Virus record (IMG/VR): IMGVR_UViG_3300037329_000068
Coordinates: 1 to 63,999 of that record
Source: a virus
Lineage: Duplodnaviria; Caudoviricetes
Length of the DNA stretch: 63,999 nucleotides
Direction: 5' to 3' (one strand)
A program made the position numbers and the translations under genes. Below, piece after piece: positions 37,289-44,962 of the stretch. The notes under the pieces were generated by a model that was given only the letters and a program-made list of their open reading frames with translations, did not search any database and had not been told where the DNA came from. Numbering within the stretch: position 1 is the first letter of the stretch; each line of letters opens with the position of its first letter.

Positions 37289-37628
37289 AACTTTTAAATT
37301 GTTTGCTATGAAAGCATATGATAATCCATACTGCATTAGTGAACAAGAATTTGAAGAAGACTTGAAAAAAATTCGAACGATCAAAAAGATGATTTCAAAT
37401 GAAGCATCTGATGAGAGTTCGAATATTCGTCTGTTGGTCAATTACTTTATTTCATTTTACAATGTATTTGAACACAAATCTGCGACAAAGATTCTTTTTC
37501 ATAAGTTGCAACCACACCACAAACCTTATGCTAACTCAATATTGGCTTACCTTTCGCTCCCCGTTGGTGATGGGGGCGTAGTTGAAAGCTTTTATAATCA
37601 AATAGAAAAACAATACATCGGAGTATAA
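37272..37628 (+). CDS. Conserved T4-superfamily hypothetical protein
   Basis: LFAMKAYDNPYC...EFEEDLK...RLLVN..I..YNVF. Confidence 0.75.
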   Translation: MQLNDKTFKLFAMKAYDNPYCISEQEFEEDLKKIRTIKKMISNEASDESSNIRLLVNYFISFYNVFEHKSATKILFHKLQPHHKPYANSILAYLSLPVGDGGVVESFYNQIEKQYIGV

Positions 37629-37630
37629 GA

Positions 37631-37795
37631 ATGAAAAATTTTAGAGATTTTGTGAAAGAGAAAAAAGATGCTGATGATCCTTGCTGGAAAAATTACAGGC
37701 AATTTGGGACCAAGAACAAAAATGGAAAAGAAGTACCAAATTGTGTTCCCGAGTCTGATGAAAGTGAAGAAGACGAAGACGAAGACGAGGAATAG
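37631..37795 (+). CDS. Small putative internal virion protein (54 aa, not in ORF track)
   Basis: MKNFRDFVKE..DPCWKNY...GTK.KNGKEVPNCVP plus acidic tail. Confidence 0.75.
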   Translation: MKNFRDFVKEKKDADDPCWKNYRQFGTKNKNGKEVPNCVPESDESEEDEDEDEE

Positions 37796-37805
37796 GAAAT
37801 AAATC

Positions 37806-38135
37806 ATGCAATCTTTTAAAGAATATTTGTTGGGTGGAGAAGAGACTGTTTTTTATGTTCTTGAATCAGACGCTCCCACGAACACCACAGCGGGTGTTGC
37901 AAATCCTGATGCACAACCCCTCACTAAAAGTTCTTTTGCTGGTTATCCATGCTTAGACGTTGACTCAGACACTTATGTGAAGTGTAGTCGCGGCAAAGGG
38001 AAACAACCATACGCTCGTTGGAAGAATTATGTAGGTGATAAAGATTTAGAAGAATTTATTAAGAAGAATTTTAATAAAGAAAAAAAGCTTCTCATAAAAA
38101 ATCGCGATACAGGTTCAATGACGTTTATAAAATAA
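37806..38135 (+). CDS. Conserved late hypothetical protein
   Basis: MQSFKEYL; EsDAPTNTT, FAG...DV, GK..YARWK.YV, TGSM.F. Confidence 0.7.
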   Translation: MQSFKEYLLGGEETVFYVLESDAPTNTTAGVANPDAQPLTKSSFAGYPCLDVDSDTYVKCSRGKGKQPYARWKNYVGDKDLEEFIKKNFNKEKKLLIKNRDTGSMTFIK

Positions 38136-38148
38136 GGAACTGGATATA

Positions 38149-38565
38149 ATGTTTGCACTCATCAAAGCAATTCCACTGATGATGAAGTCTGCAAAGTTTT
38201 GGATAATCGCGGCCCTTGTATCAAGTTTAGTATCTGGTGTCGTATGGGTGGCATACGACTATAGGAAGACGTTACAAGAGCTTGCGATTTCAGAACAACG
38301 TGTTGACAATTTACAAAGTCAGTTATCAGTTGTTAATGAAAGAATTAAAAAAGAACGCGACAGAACACAAAGTCTTCGAAGTGATAATTCAAAAATAACC
38401 TCTCAATACTTATCTAAGATTCGAGAACTTCAAGAACTAAAAGAAAACTATCAGATGCTAAAGGACAAACCCAACGAGGCCGCATTAAAAATCGAATCAT
38501 CGTTTAACACGTTTATGAATGACATGTCATGCATTACAGGCGAAACTTCTCAATGTCCAAAATAA
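38149..38565 (+). CDS. Inner-membrane spanin (Rz-like)
   Basis: One N-terminal TM, long coiled coil, C-terminal Cys. Confidence 0.75.
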   Translation: MFALIKAIPLMMKSAKFWIIAALVSSLVSGVVWVAYDYRKTLQELAISEQRVDNLQSQLSVVNERIKKERDRTQSLRSDNSKITSQYLSKIRELQELKENYQMLKDKPNEAALKIESSFNTFMNDMSCITGETSQCPK

Positions 38566-38906
38566 TTCTATCAGTTATATTTTGTGTTGTTCTTTCGGGT
38601 TGTGCGTCAACACCAGCAGACATCTCATTCAACGAAACATTTTCTCACCCAGAGCTACCGAATCCTGTGCAGCCGTATAATTTTGACTTTTACGTGGTGA
38701 CAGAAGACAATGTAGAAGAATTTATTAATCAGCCAAAAGTTTTTGTTGCTATTGAGTATCAACAAACTCTACAATTCAGACAATTTCTTGAAGATATGAA
38801 ACGATTTATGCTTGAAGCCAATGGTGTGATCTGCTACTATAGGGAGAACTTGAAAGAGCAATTTTGCAAAAACCAACAAAGGTACTTGAATCGTGAAAAA
38901 GATTAA
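38553..38906 (+). CDS. Outer-membrane spanin lipoprotein (Rz1-like)
   Basis: Signal peptide with LSGC lipobox, Pro-rich stretch, ICYYR; overlaps i-spanin. Confidence 0.8.
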   Translation: MSKIILSVIFCVVLSGCASTPADISFNETFSHPELPNPVQPYNFDFYVVTEDNVEEFINQPKVFVAIEYQQTLQFRQFLEDMKRFMLEANGVICYYRENLKEQFCKNQQRYLNREKD

Positions 38907-38916
38907 TAAAAATTTT

Positions 38917-38924
38917 TATAAATA
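38917..38924 (+). promoter_or_regulatory. Late promoter TATAAATA
   Basis: Exact consensus. Confidence 0.65.
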
Positions 38925-38957
38925 GGACACACTCCGAAAAACTAAGGATAACGAAGC

Positions 38958-39389
38958 ATGACTTACGTTGATAAAGGACTAACTCTACCGGAAGTATTTA
39001 AAAGAGTTGCAGAAAAAGAAACAATTGAAGAAAAAGCAAAACTGTTGAAATTGTACGAAACAAAAAGCTTGCGTTGGTTTATTGACTCGTTGTATAATCG
39101 TGACTTATCTGATATTGCAATTCCACAATACAAAGTTTCTGTTAATCCATCTGGTATTGCTTTCATGAACATCAACAATTCTATTAGCAGAATTGAAGCA
39201 GCCATCAGTAATAAAGACAAACCACAAATTTTAAATCGTAATTTGACATTGGTTCTAGAGGGAGTCACTTCTGATGAAGCGATTCTTATTGAAAAAATAT
39301 TAAAAGGCGAACGCAGAATTAATGGCGTATCGAAAACGGTTTTTAAGAAGGCATACCCTGAATTTTTTCGTACTGAGGAAGAGGTTTAA
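38958..39389 (+). CDS. Conserved T4-superfamily hypothetical protein
   Basis: EVFKRV...EEKAKLL, LEGV..DEA.L, V.KKAYP. Confidence 0.7.
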   Translation: MTYVDKGLTLPEVFKRVAEKETIEEKAKLLKLYETKSLRWFIDSLYNRDLSDIAIPQYKVSVNPSGIAFMNINNSISRIEAAISNKDKPQILNRNLTLVLEGVTSDEAILIEKILKGERRINGVSKTVFKKAYPEFFRTEEEV

Positions 39390-39429
39390 TAATTTAAAGC
39401 GGGCTTGGAAAAAGAAATTTAATTAAAAC

Positions 39430-39457
39430 AAACCCCATTCATCCGTTTGGGGTTTTC
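39430..39457 (+). terminator. Hairpin/terminator upstream of arfA
   Basis: AAACCCCA...TGGGGTTTT. Confidence 0.6.
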
Positions 39458-39475
39458 AAAATAGAGACTATTAAA

Positions 39476-39658
39476 ATGTCGTTTCAACATGATAAAGGAA
39501 AAATAAAACACAATGCGTTGGCAGCATTGGTAACATCTAATGCTTTTTTACCAAAGAAAGAAAAAATCAAAAAAGGCAAAGGATCATACAACCGAAACAA
39601 TAAGCACAAATCAGACTACTCACATAATCGCATTTTCAAAATGTTATTTTGTAAGTAG
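39476..39658 (+). CDS. arfA: Alternative ribosome-rescue factor A homologue
   Basis: MSFQHDKGKIKHNALAALVTSNAFLPKKEKIKKGKGSYNRNNKH aligns by eye with E. coli ArfA (QH.KG.IK.NA..AL, F, EK.KKGKGSY.R..KH). Confidence 0.9.
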   Translation: MSFQHDKGKIKHNALAALVTSNAFLPKKEKIKKGKGSYNRNNKHKSDYSHNRIFKMLFCK

Positions 39659-39668
39659 TCTTTTTTTT
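39613..39668 (+). terminator. Long hairpin spanning the arfA stop codon, followed by a U-tract
   Basis: AGACTACT..ACA..CATTT-tca-AAATG..TGT.AGTAGTCT + TTTTTTT. Confidence 0.7.
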
Positions 39669-39695
39669 ATTGTAGGACTACACAAAGAGAATCAT

Positions 39696-40214
39696 ATGGA
39701 AACCATAAGCAAAAAACCAGTAAGAATAGTGTTTCTTGACATATCAGGCGTTTTAGCCACACACAGAGTTGAATTTTCAAGACTTGAAAGAGGGTGTTTT
39801 GGAGACTTTGACCCCGTTATAGTAAAGTTCTTAGAGTCTGTGTGTAGCAAGTATTTGTGTTATATTGTTATCACTTCAAGAAAAAGAAAGTTATTTAATG
39901 ATGTTGAATTTTTTAAATCAAAGATGATAAAATGGGGAGGCGGAGACTTGATAGATTTTTTGTTTCCTGATGATGATCTTTGGAGGACAACAGAAGAAAG
40001 CTTTAACAATAAGTCATTAGAAATTAATAATTGGATTAAAAAATTTAAAGAAAAATACAAACATAAATTTTATATTGACAATTATGCTATAATAGACGAT
40101 GATTCTTTGGGTTCTGAATTACACGACGATCATTTTGTTCTTGTCAAAAATAAACAGAATGGAATGGGTTGTGAAGAATATAGAAAATTAATTAAAATAC
40201 TCAACAACGGATAA
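39696..40214 (+). CDS. HAD-family phosphatase-like protein (RNA-repair Swiss-Army-Knife type), degenerate motif I
   Basis: IVFLDISGVL, IVITS, EINNW, YAIIDDD. Confidence 0.7.
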   Translation: METISKKPVRIVFLDISGVLATHRVEFSRLERGCFGDFDPVIVKFLESVCSKYLCYIVITSRKRKLFNDVEFFKSKMIKWGGGDLIDFLFPDDDLWRTTEESFNNKSLEINNWIKKFKEKYKHKFYIDNYAIIDDDSLGSELHDDHFVLVKNKQNGMGCEEYRKLIKILNNG

Positions 40215-40221
40215 TTTAGTT

Positions 40222-40479
40222 ATGGCAATAGTAAGAAACATAGTATGCGACGTATGTAAAAAATCAATTATTGATGGTGATTTAGAATCAATTTCAGTTT
40301 TTGGTAACATCAGCTCTGTGAATATTGATAAAATAGATGGTATTGGTGGTGGTCTTTTTGGTGATGGAGAATGGATTAAGACTATTCAAAAAGATGGACC
40401 CATAGAGTTACACGATGTACCACTAACACACGTTCATTTAGAATGTCTGAGAAATTACATGAAACCAACCAAACGATAA
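40222..40479 (+). CDS. Hypothetical zinc-binding protein
   Basis: CDVC...GNI...GGGL.G...H.EC. Confidence 0.6.
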   Translation: MAIVRNIVCDVCKKSIIDGDLESISVFGNISSVNIDKIDGIGGGLFGDGEWIKTIQKDGPIELHDVPLTHVHLECLRNYMKPTKR

Positions 40480-40547
40480 TTGTTGACACAACCCCTTGTC
40501 GTCTGTAGAGTGGGTACTCTGATGAGGGAAATTAGGAGATTGAAGAA

Positions 40548-40802
40548 ATGGCTAACATGAAAACAGTTAACAAAGGAATCAAAGAATCATTTGGTTGTGA
40601 TCTTGGAATAAAAGCTATTCGTGGTGATGGATACGTCTATTTTTATGTAAAGAATCCATTATTATGTGGATTTGATAAGGTAGAATCAATAATGACACAC
40701 CCCGTAAACACCACCACCGAAGATGTCACTCGTATGTGTGTTGAAAATATAAAGGATTATATGTTAATTCTTGTCGATGAAATTTGTGGGAAATCCTTAT
40801 GA
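40548..40802 (+). CDS. Hypothetical early protein
   Basis: TTGACA promoter, TAGGAG RBS; RGDGYVYF. Confidence 0.65.
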   Translation: MANMKTVNKGIKESFGCDLGIKAIRGDGYVYFYVKNPLLCGFDKVESIMTHPVNTTTEDVTRMCVENIKDYMLILVDEICGKSL

Positions 40803-40953
40803 ACTACGAAGAATTCAAATTAAAGTACACAAATTTTCTTGTTCAAATGATGAGATATGAGCCTGACCAAGCTGGTTCAAACATCTATGCAGAGAATCTT
40901 GGTGCGCTTTGTGATGAGTATCCAGAATTTGAAAAGAAATTAGACGAAGAGGG

Positions 40954-41015
40954 TTGACGCCAGAAACCCACTCCTTTATACTGGTTGTAGAAATTGAGAA
41001 ATACCTACCGGAGAT
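40954..41015 (+). promoter_or_regulatory. Early promoter-leader cassette, family B
   Basis: TTGACG-17-TATACT-GGTTGTAGAAATTGAGAAATACCTACCGGAGA. Confidence 0.85.
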
Positions 41016-41020
41016 TAGAC

Positions 41021-41389
41021 ATGGACAAGATTCAATTCGCAGTTATTGAAGCAAAAGTTTGTAACGCAGTTCTGGCTTACGAAGAAAACTTTGCATTTCG
41101 TAACGCAGGTCGCTTAGATTTCGGGACTTGTGGTTCTGCCATTGTTCTACTAGGATTTGGCCGCAAGCGCAAGATCAAGCAAGAATTTCTCGATGCAGGA
41201 TTCATCAAAGAAAACAATACTTGGGACAGCTACGGAAAGAAAGAATATGTGTTTCAGCTACAACAACCAACCGTAGGAACTCAGTACATTGGTTTCTATG
41301 AAGACCGGGTTCGCACCGCTGTTAATGTTCTTCGTGAAGAGCTTGATGGAACTGGGGTTGATGTTAATATGCACACTTGGGTAGATTAA
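41021..41389 (+). CDS. Hypothetical early protein
   Basis: Start after cassette RBS. Confidence 0.7.
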   Translation: MDKIQFAVIEAKVCNAVLAYEENFAFRNAGRLDFGTCGSAIVLLGFGRKRKIKQEFLDAGFIKENNTWDSYGKKEYVFQLQQPTVGTQYIGFYEDRVRTAVNVLREELDGTGVDVNMHTWVD

Positions 41390-41393
41390 TTCA

Positions 41394-41460
41394 AAGGGGA
41401 CTTGCAAAAGTCCCCTTTTTTCGTGTATACTGTATGTATTGATTGAGAAAACTTAGGAGA
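41394..41460 (+). promoter_or_regulatory. Terminator hairpin fused to a family B-like promoter
   Basis: AAAGGGGACTT-GCAA-AAGTCCCCTTTTTT; TTGCAA..TATACT..ATTGAGAAAACTTAGGAGA. Confidence 0.7.
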
Positions 41461-41464
41461 TTTT

Positions 41465-42118
41465 ATGTTAAGTTCATTGCTTATGAATAGTTTGTCTGCC
41501 AAAGAAGCCAAGATTATCCGCGCTGTTTATAGTGTTGGCAAAGACGCTGTTGATAAAAATGTCAACGATTATCTTGTTGACAAATCACGAGTTGAAGTTA
41601 GAAATTATTATGAATTTTCCATTGAGTCTCATGAAGAAGTGTGTAAAGTTTTTAAAACTAGAAAATTTGTGTATGGATACTGCGACTATAACAAATACAA
41701 AATTGTTCTTCATATTGATCACGTTCTGCACTCAACAATAGAAGACATTGTAGATACAATATTGCATGAATGTGCTCACGCAGTTTCTCACCACGTTTAT
41801 AATGAGAGAGGACATGGTAAGTATTTTCGTAAAGTATCTCGTATGTTCGGTAGTGTGCCTAGAGCAACATCAAAAGCATCTAATCCAAGCATTGCAGCAA
41901 AACACACAAAAAAAGAAAAATATAAAATAATCTTTCTAGACGACAAAAATTTAAGAGTCACTTCTGTTCATGAATGCTCACGGAGACTAAAAAATCTTAG
42001 TCGGCGGGGAATGAAGAATAGAAGCGAAACTGTCGGTAAGCTTTGGATGACCAAGATGGAAGACTATAACCAATTTGGTCTAGACTTTCAAAAACTTGCA
42101 GAAGTGGCTTTCCGATAA
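41465..42118 (+). CDS. SprT-like zinc metalloprotease
   Basis: YG.CDY...I.L, DTILHECAHA.....GHG..F. Confidence 0.85.
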   Translation: MLSSLLMNSLSAKEAKIIRAVYSVGKDAVDKNVNDYLVDKSRVEVRNYYEFSIESHEEVCKVFKTRKFVYGYCDYNKYKIVLHIDHVLHSTIEDIVDTILHECAHAVSHHVYNERGHGKYFRKVSRMFGSVPRATSKASNPSIAAKHTKKEKYKIIFLDDKNLRVTSVHECSRRLKNLSRRGMKNRSETVGKLWMTKMEDYNQFGLDFQKLAEVAFR

Positions 42119-42122
42119 AAGC

Positions 42123-42188
42123 TTGACACAAATCTCTTGGTATGAAATAATACATCTGTACTGAGGGATTGACCAATTACTAGGAGAC
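42123..42188 (+). promoter_or_regulatory. Family A cassette variant
   Basis: TTGACA..CTTGGTATGAAATAATACATCTGTACTGAGG..TAGGAGA. Confidence 0.75.
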
Positions 42189-42194
42189 TTACTT

Positions 42195-42446
42195 ATGAGA
42201 CTTTTTGACTACAACGAGAAAACCAACACCTTTTTAATTTTTTACCCCCGCATAACTATTTCCACAAAACTAGAGGCCACGTTCGACGGTGGTAAGGCTG
42301 TTGTTTTCAAAGACCCATATGACATGAAAGAATTCGTGGATTACCTTGAAGATAATTCAGTTGATGTTTCTGAGCTAGTCGCGTATTCTTTTGGAGGATG
42401 TGAAGAGACTGCTTTCATGCTGAACGACTTGCTTAAATTGAAATAG
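42195..42446 (+). CDS. Hypothetical protein
   Basis: Single gene between two cassettes. Confidence 0.65.
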   Translation: MRLFDYNEKTNTFLIFYPRITISTKLEATFDGGKAVVFKDPYDMKEFVDYLEDNSVDVSELVAYSFGGCEETAFMLNDLLKLK

Positions 42447-42449
42447 ATA

Positions 42450-42515
42450 TTGACACCAGAACCTCAGTGTGAGAAGATGATCTTGTACTGAGGAACTATC
42501 AAAGCAATTAGGAGA
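42450..42515 (+). promoter_or_regulatory. Family A cassette
   Basis: TTGACA..CCTCAGTGTGAGAAGATGATCTTGTACTGAGG..TTAGGAGA. Confidence 0.85.
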
Positions 42516-42521
42516 TTAGAC

Positions 42522-42794
42522 ATGACAAACTTAACAAGAATGGAAAAATTGGTTTTGACAGCAATCGACAATTCAGATTTTGGTTATAGTCTACAAGATG
42601 CGGTTTGGACTTTTAGTTTAGAGGGTTGTGTTCCAAAGGCATCACTTGGTGGTGTGGTTTCAAGCCTATCAAAAAAAGGATTAATTCTGTCTTTAGACAT
42701 TTACGGCGAAGATGAAGCCACTGTGGAAATGACCAAAACCGGCGTAGATATTTATATTTCTGAAGTAAATGCTACGCCCGAAAAGCCAATGTAA
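42522..42794 (+). CDS. Winged-helix-like small protein
   Basis: LTRMEKLVL...SLGGVVSSLSKKGLI...MTKTG. Confidence 0.6.
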   Translation: MTNLTRMEKLVLTAIDNSDFGYSLQDAVWTFSLEGCVPKASLGGVVSSLSKKGLILSLDIYGEDEATVEMTKTGVDIYISEVNATPEKPM

Positions 42795-42802
42795 AATATC
42801 TC

Positions 42803-42870
42803 TTGACCCAGAGCCCCTCGGTATGAGAAGATGGTCTTGTACTGAGGGAATACCAGATCAACTAGGAGAT
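42803..42870 (+). promoter_or_regulatory. Family A cassette
   Basis: TTGACC..CCCTCGGTATGAGAAGATGGTCTTGTACTGAGGG..TAGGAGA. Confidence 0.85.
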
Positions 42871-42876
42871 TTAATT

Positions 42877-43053
42877 ATGACAAACTTTGATCAAGAAATT
42901 CAAATGGCAAAAGACAGTGCAAAAAGTGCAGCAATTCTTGAACAGTACACAGCTTCTGAACTATACGAAATTGTCTCTAAAATATGGCAGGCAAGAAAAG
43001 ATGGAAATAAAGATTTAGTCAAGCAATTAAAAGAAGAGTATATTAATCTTTAG
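42877..43053 (+). CDS. Hypothetical protein
   Basis: Start after cassette RBS. Confidence 0.6.
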   Translation: MTNFDQEIQMAKDSAKSAAILEQYTASELYEIVSKIWQARKDGNKDLVKQLKEEYINL

Positions 43054-43135
43054 TCTTGACTAGGAGTATTCATGAAACGATTGTATTTTCCAGCAATCGT
43101 TCTTTTTTAAATAAAGATAAAAGAGAAATACAAAA

Positions 43136-43411
43136 ATGTATGAAACTGAAGATAGTTATAGTAAAGCAACAACACAATTTAATAAAAAATTTGGCAGCGA
43201 CTGGCAGCGACACATTCACCCCCAAGACCGAGATGAAATGTGTGCTTACTTGATTCGTATGTTTGCTGATTCATCTTGGCCTGTTTTCAGTGTTTGGAAT
43301 TCAATTACTAATCGCCCGACTGGTATTGACAGAATAAAAGATTCAGTAAAAATCTTAGTAAAAAGTCAGTCGGGCAGAAACTACGTAATAGAATGTCGCA
43401 CAAAGGATTAG
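43136..43411 (+). CDS. Hypothetical protein
   Basis: 91 aa ORF leading into NTase gene. Confidence 0.5.
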   Translation: MYETEDSYSKATTQFNKKFGSDWQRHIHPQDRDEMCAYLIRMFADSSWPVFSVWNSITNRPTGIDRIKDSVKILVKSQSGRNYVIECRTKD

Positions 43412-43416
43412 TTTTT

Positions 43417-44370
43417 ATGGAAAACATTAAATACGGGCGTAAGAAAAACGGTATCAAAGCCCAGTTAGTAAAAAAAGTTAACGAGTGGCTAGATACTATT
43501 GATGACCCAGTAGTTCAAAATCTGGCATCTTTAAACACTATTGTAACAGGCGGTTCAATTGCTTCTATGTTGCTTGGTGAAGAAGTAAATGACTACGATG
43601 TTTACTTTCGTGATAAAGTAACCACGCTGGCAGTTGCTAATTACTATGTTGACAAGTTCAATAAAGCTCAGTCTTTAAAAGTTGGTGACTCGGTAAATTC
43701 GTGCTCTCCCGAAGTTAAAGAAGATATCCTTGAAAACGCAAAAGGCGAGGAAGAAGAACGAGTTATTATCTGGATGCAGTCATCAGGAGTTGCTGGTGAA
43801 AATCAAGAGAAATATGAATACTTTGAAGGGCAACCACCAGAAGAAACACAAAAGTTTGCAGAATCTCTTTCTAAAGATGTTTCAGACAGTGATTTAAAAC
43901 CAAGTCATCGTCCCGTATTTTTGTCAGCAAATGCAATCACACTCTCTGACAAATTTCAGCTTGTGATTCGGTTCTACGGTGAGCCTTCTCAGATACACGA
44001 CAACTACGACTTCGTTCATGCTATGAACTACTATGACCATGGGACAAAAGCTCTTGTATTAAAGCCAGAGGCTCTAGAATGCCTGCTTAGTCGAACGTTG
44101 GTCTATGCTGGTTCCCTATACCCCATTGCGTCTGTGTTTAGAACCAAAAAGTTTATCGAACGGGGTTGGAGAATCGCAGCCGGTCAGCAGTTGAAAATAA
44201 TGTGGCAGATTTCTGAATTGAATTTAAAAGATTTAAATGTTCTAAAAGAACAGTTGACTGGGGTTGACATAGCTTATATGCATCAATTGGTTCAGGCACT
44301 AAGTGACGTAGAACCGGAAAAAATTAATTCTACATATGTTGCAGAAATAATTGATCAAATCTTTGATTAA
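43417..44370 (+). CDS. Pol-beta superfamily nucleotidyltransferase-like protein
   Basis: IVTGGSIASMLLGEEVNDYDVYF (hG[GS]..DxD), NAITL, YDFVH, R.KKF..RGW. Confidence 0.75.
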   Translation: MENIKYGRKKNGIKAQLVKKVNEWLDTIDDPVVQNLASLNTIVTGGSIASMLLGEEVNDYDVYFRDKVTTLAVANYYVDKFNKAQSLKVGDSVNSCSPEVKEDILENAKGEEEERVIIWMQSSGVAGENQEKYEYFEGQPPEETQKFAESLSKDVSDSDLKPSHRPVFLSANAITLSDKFQLVIRFYGEPSQIHDNYDFVHAMNYYDHGTKALVLKPEALECLLSRTLVYAGSLYPIASVFRTKKFIERGWRIAAGQQLKIMWQISELNLKDLNVLKEQLTGVDIAYMHQLVQALSDVEPEKINSTYVAEIIDQIFD

Positions 44371-44387
44371 TTATTCTATGATATCGT

Positions 44388-44900
44388 TTACTCTGTATCA
44401 TTAAAATTACCATGCAGTCTAACAATTGTATTAAAGTGTTCCTTGGTGATGAAGTTCTTTTGATTTTCATTTTGCAACTTCATCATCTGCTTTTCAAGCT
44501 CATGACTCTTTTCACGAGTTATATCAATTTTCCTCTCTAACTCACTAATTAGATTTTTAATTACACTTATTTCGTTAAATATAAAATCTCTAAGCTCTTT
44601 ATTCTTTGCATCAATAGAGGAATAAATTTCTCCTATTCTTTTATCAAAGTGGGCTCGAAAATCTTTCAAATCTTCTCTTGCTTCTAGTGATGTTTTTTCC
44701 TGCGTAGTAACAATAGACACCACCATTTCTTTTGTTGACTCTTTTAAAGCAGCAACCATTTTTTCCGCAGACTCTTGTGTTTTACTTGACTGTGTGCGAG
44801 AATACCATATAGCAGGAGCTACAAGGGTGGCACACATTCCAAATATAATTGAAACAATTTGCCATAGCTCTAATTGTTCTGCGATCATAGGATTGCTCAC
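44388..44900 (-). CDS. Single-TM coiled-coil late protein, holin candidate
   Basis: N-terminal TM plus coiled coil; own late promoter at 44931-44938. Confidence 0.45.
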   Translation of the reverse strand: MSNPMIAEQLELWQIVSIIFGMCATLVAPAIWYSRTQSSKTQESAEKMVAALKESTKEMVVSIVTTQEKTSLEAREDLKDFRAHFDKRIGEIYSSIDAKNKELRDFIFNEISVIKNLISELERKIDITREKSHELEKQMMKLQNENQKNFITKEHFNTIVRLHGNFNDTE

Positions 44901-44930
44901 TGTCTTTTATTGTGTTAGAATTTATACTAC

Positions 44931-44938
44931 TATTTATA
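44931..44938 (-). promoter_or_regulatory. Late promoter TATAAATA
   Basis: Exact consensus on minus strand. Confidence 0.7.
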
Positions 44939-44962
44939 CATAATTAGGAAACGAACCACATT

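Noticed and set aside
10476-42870. Palindromic ~32-bp repeats as a CRISPR array or integron attC sites
   Set aside because: Spacing is irregular (hundreds to thousands of bp), each copy is embedded in a -35/RBS context, and no cas or integrase gene is in the window
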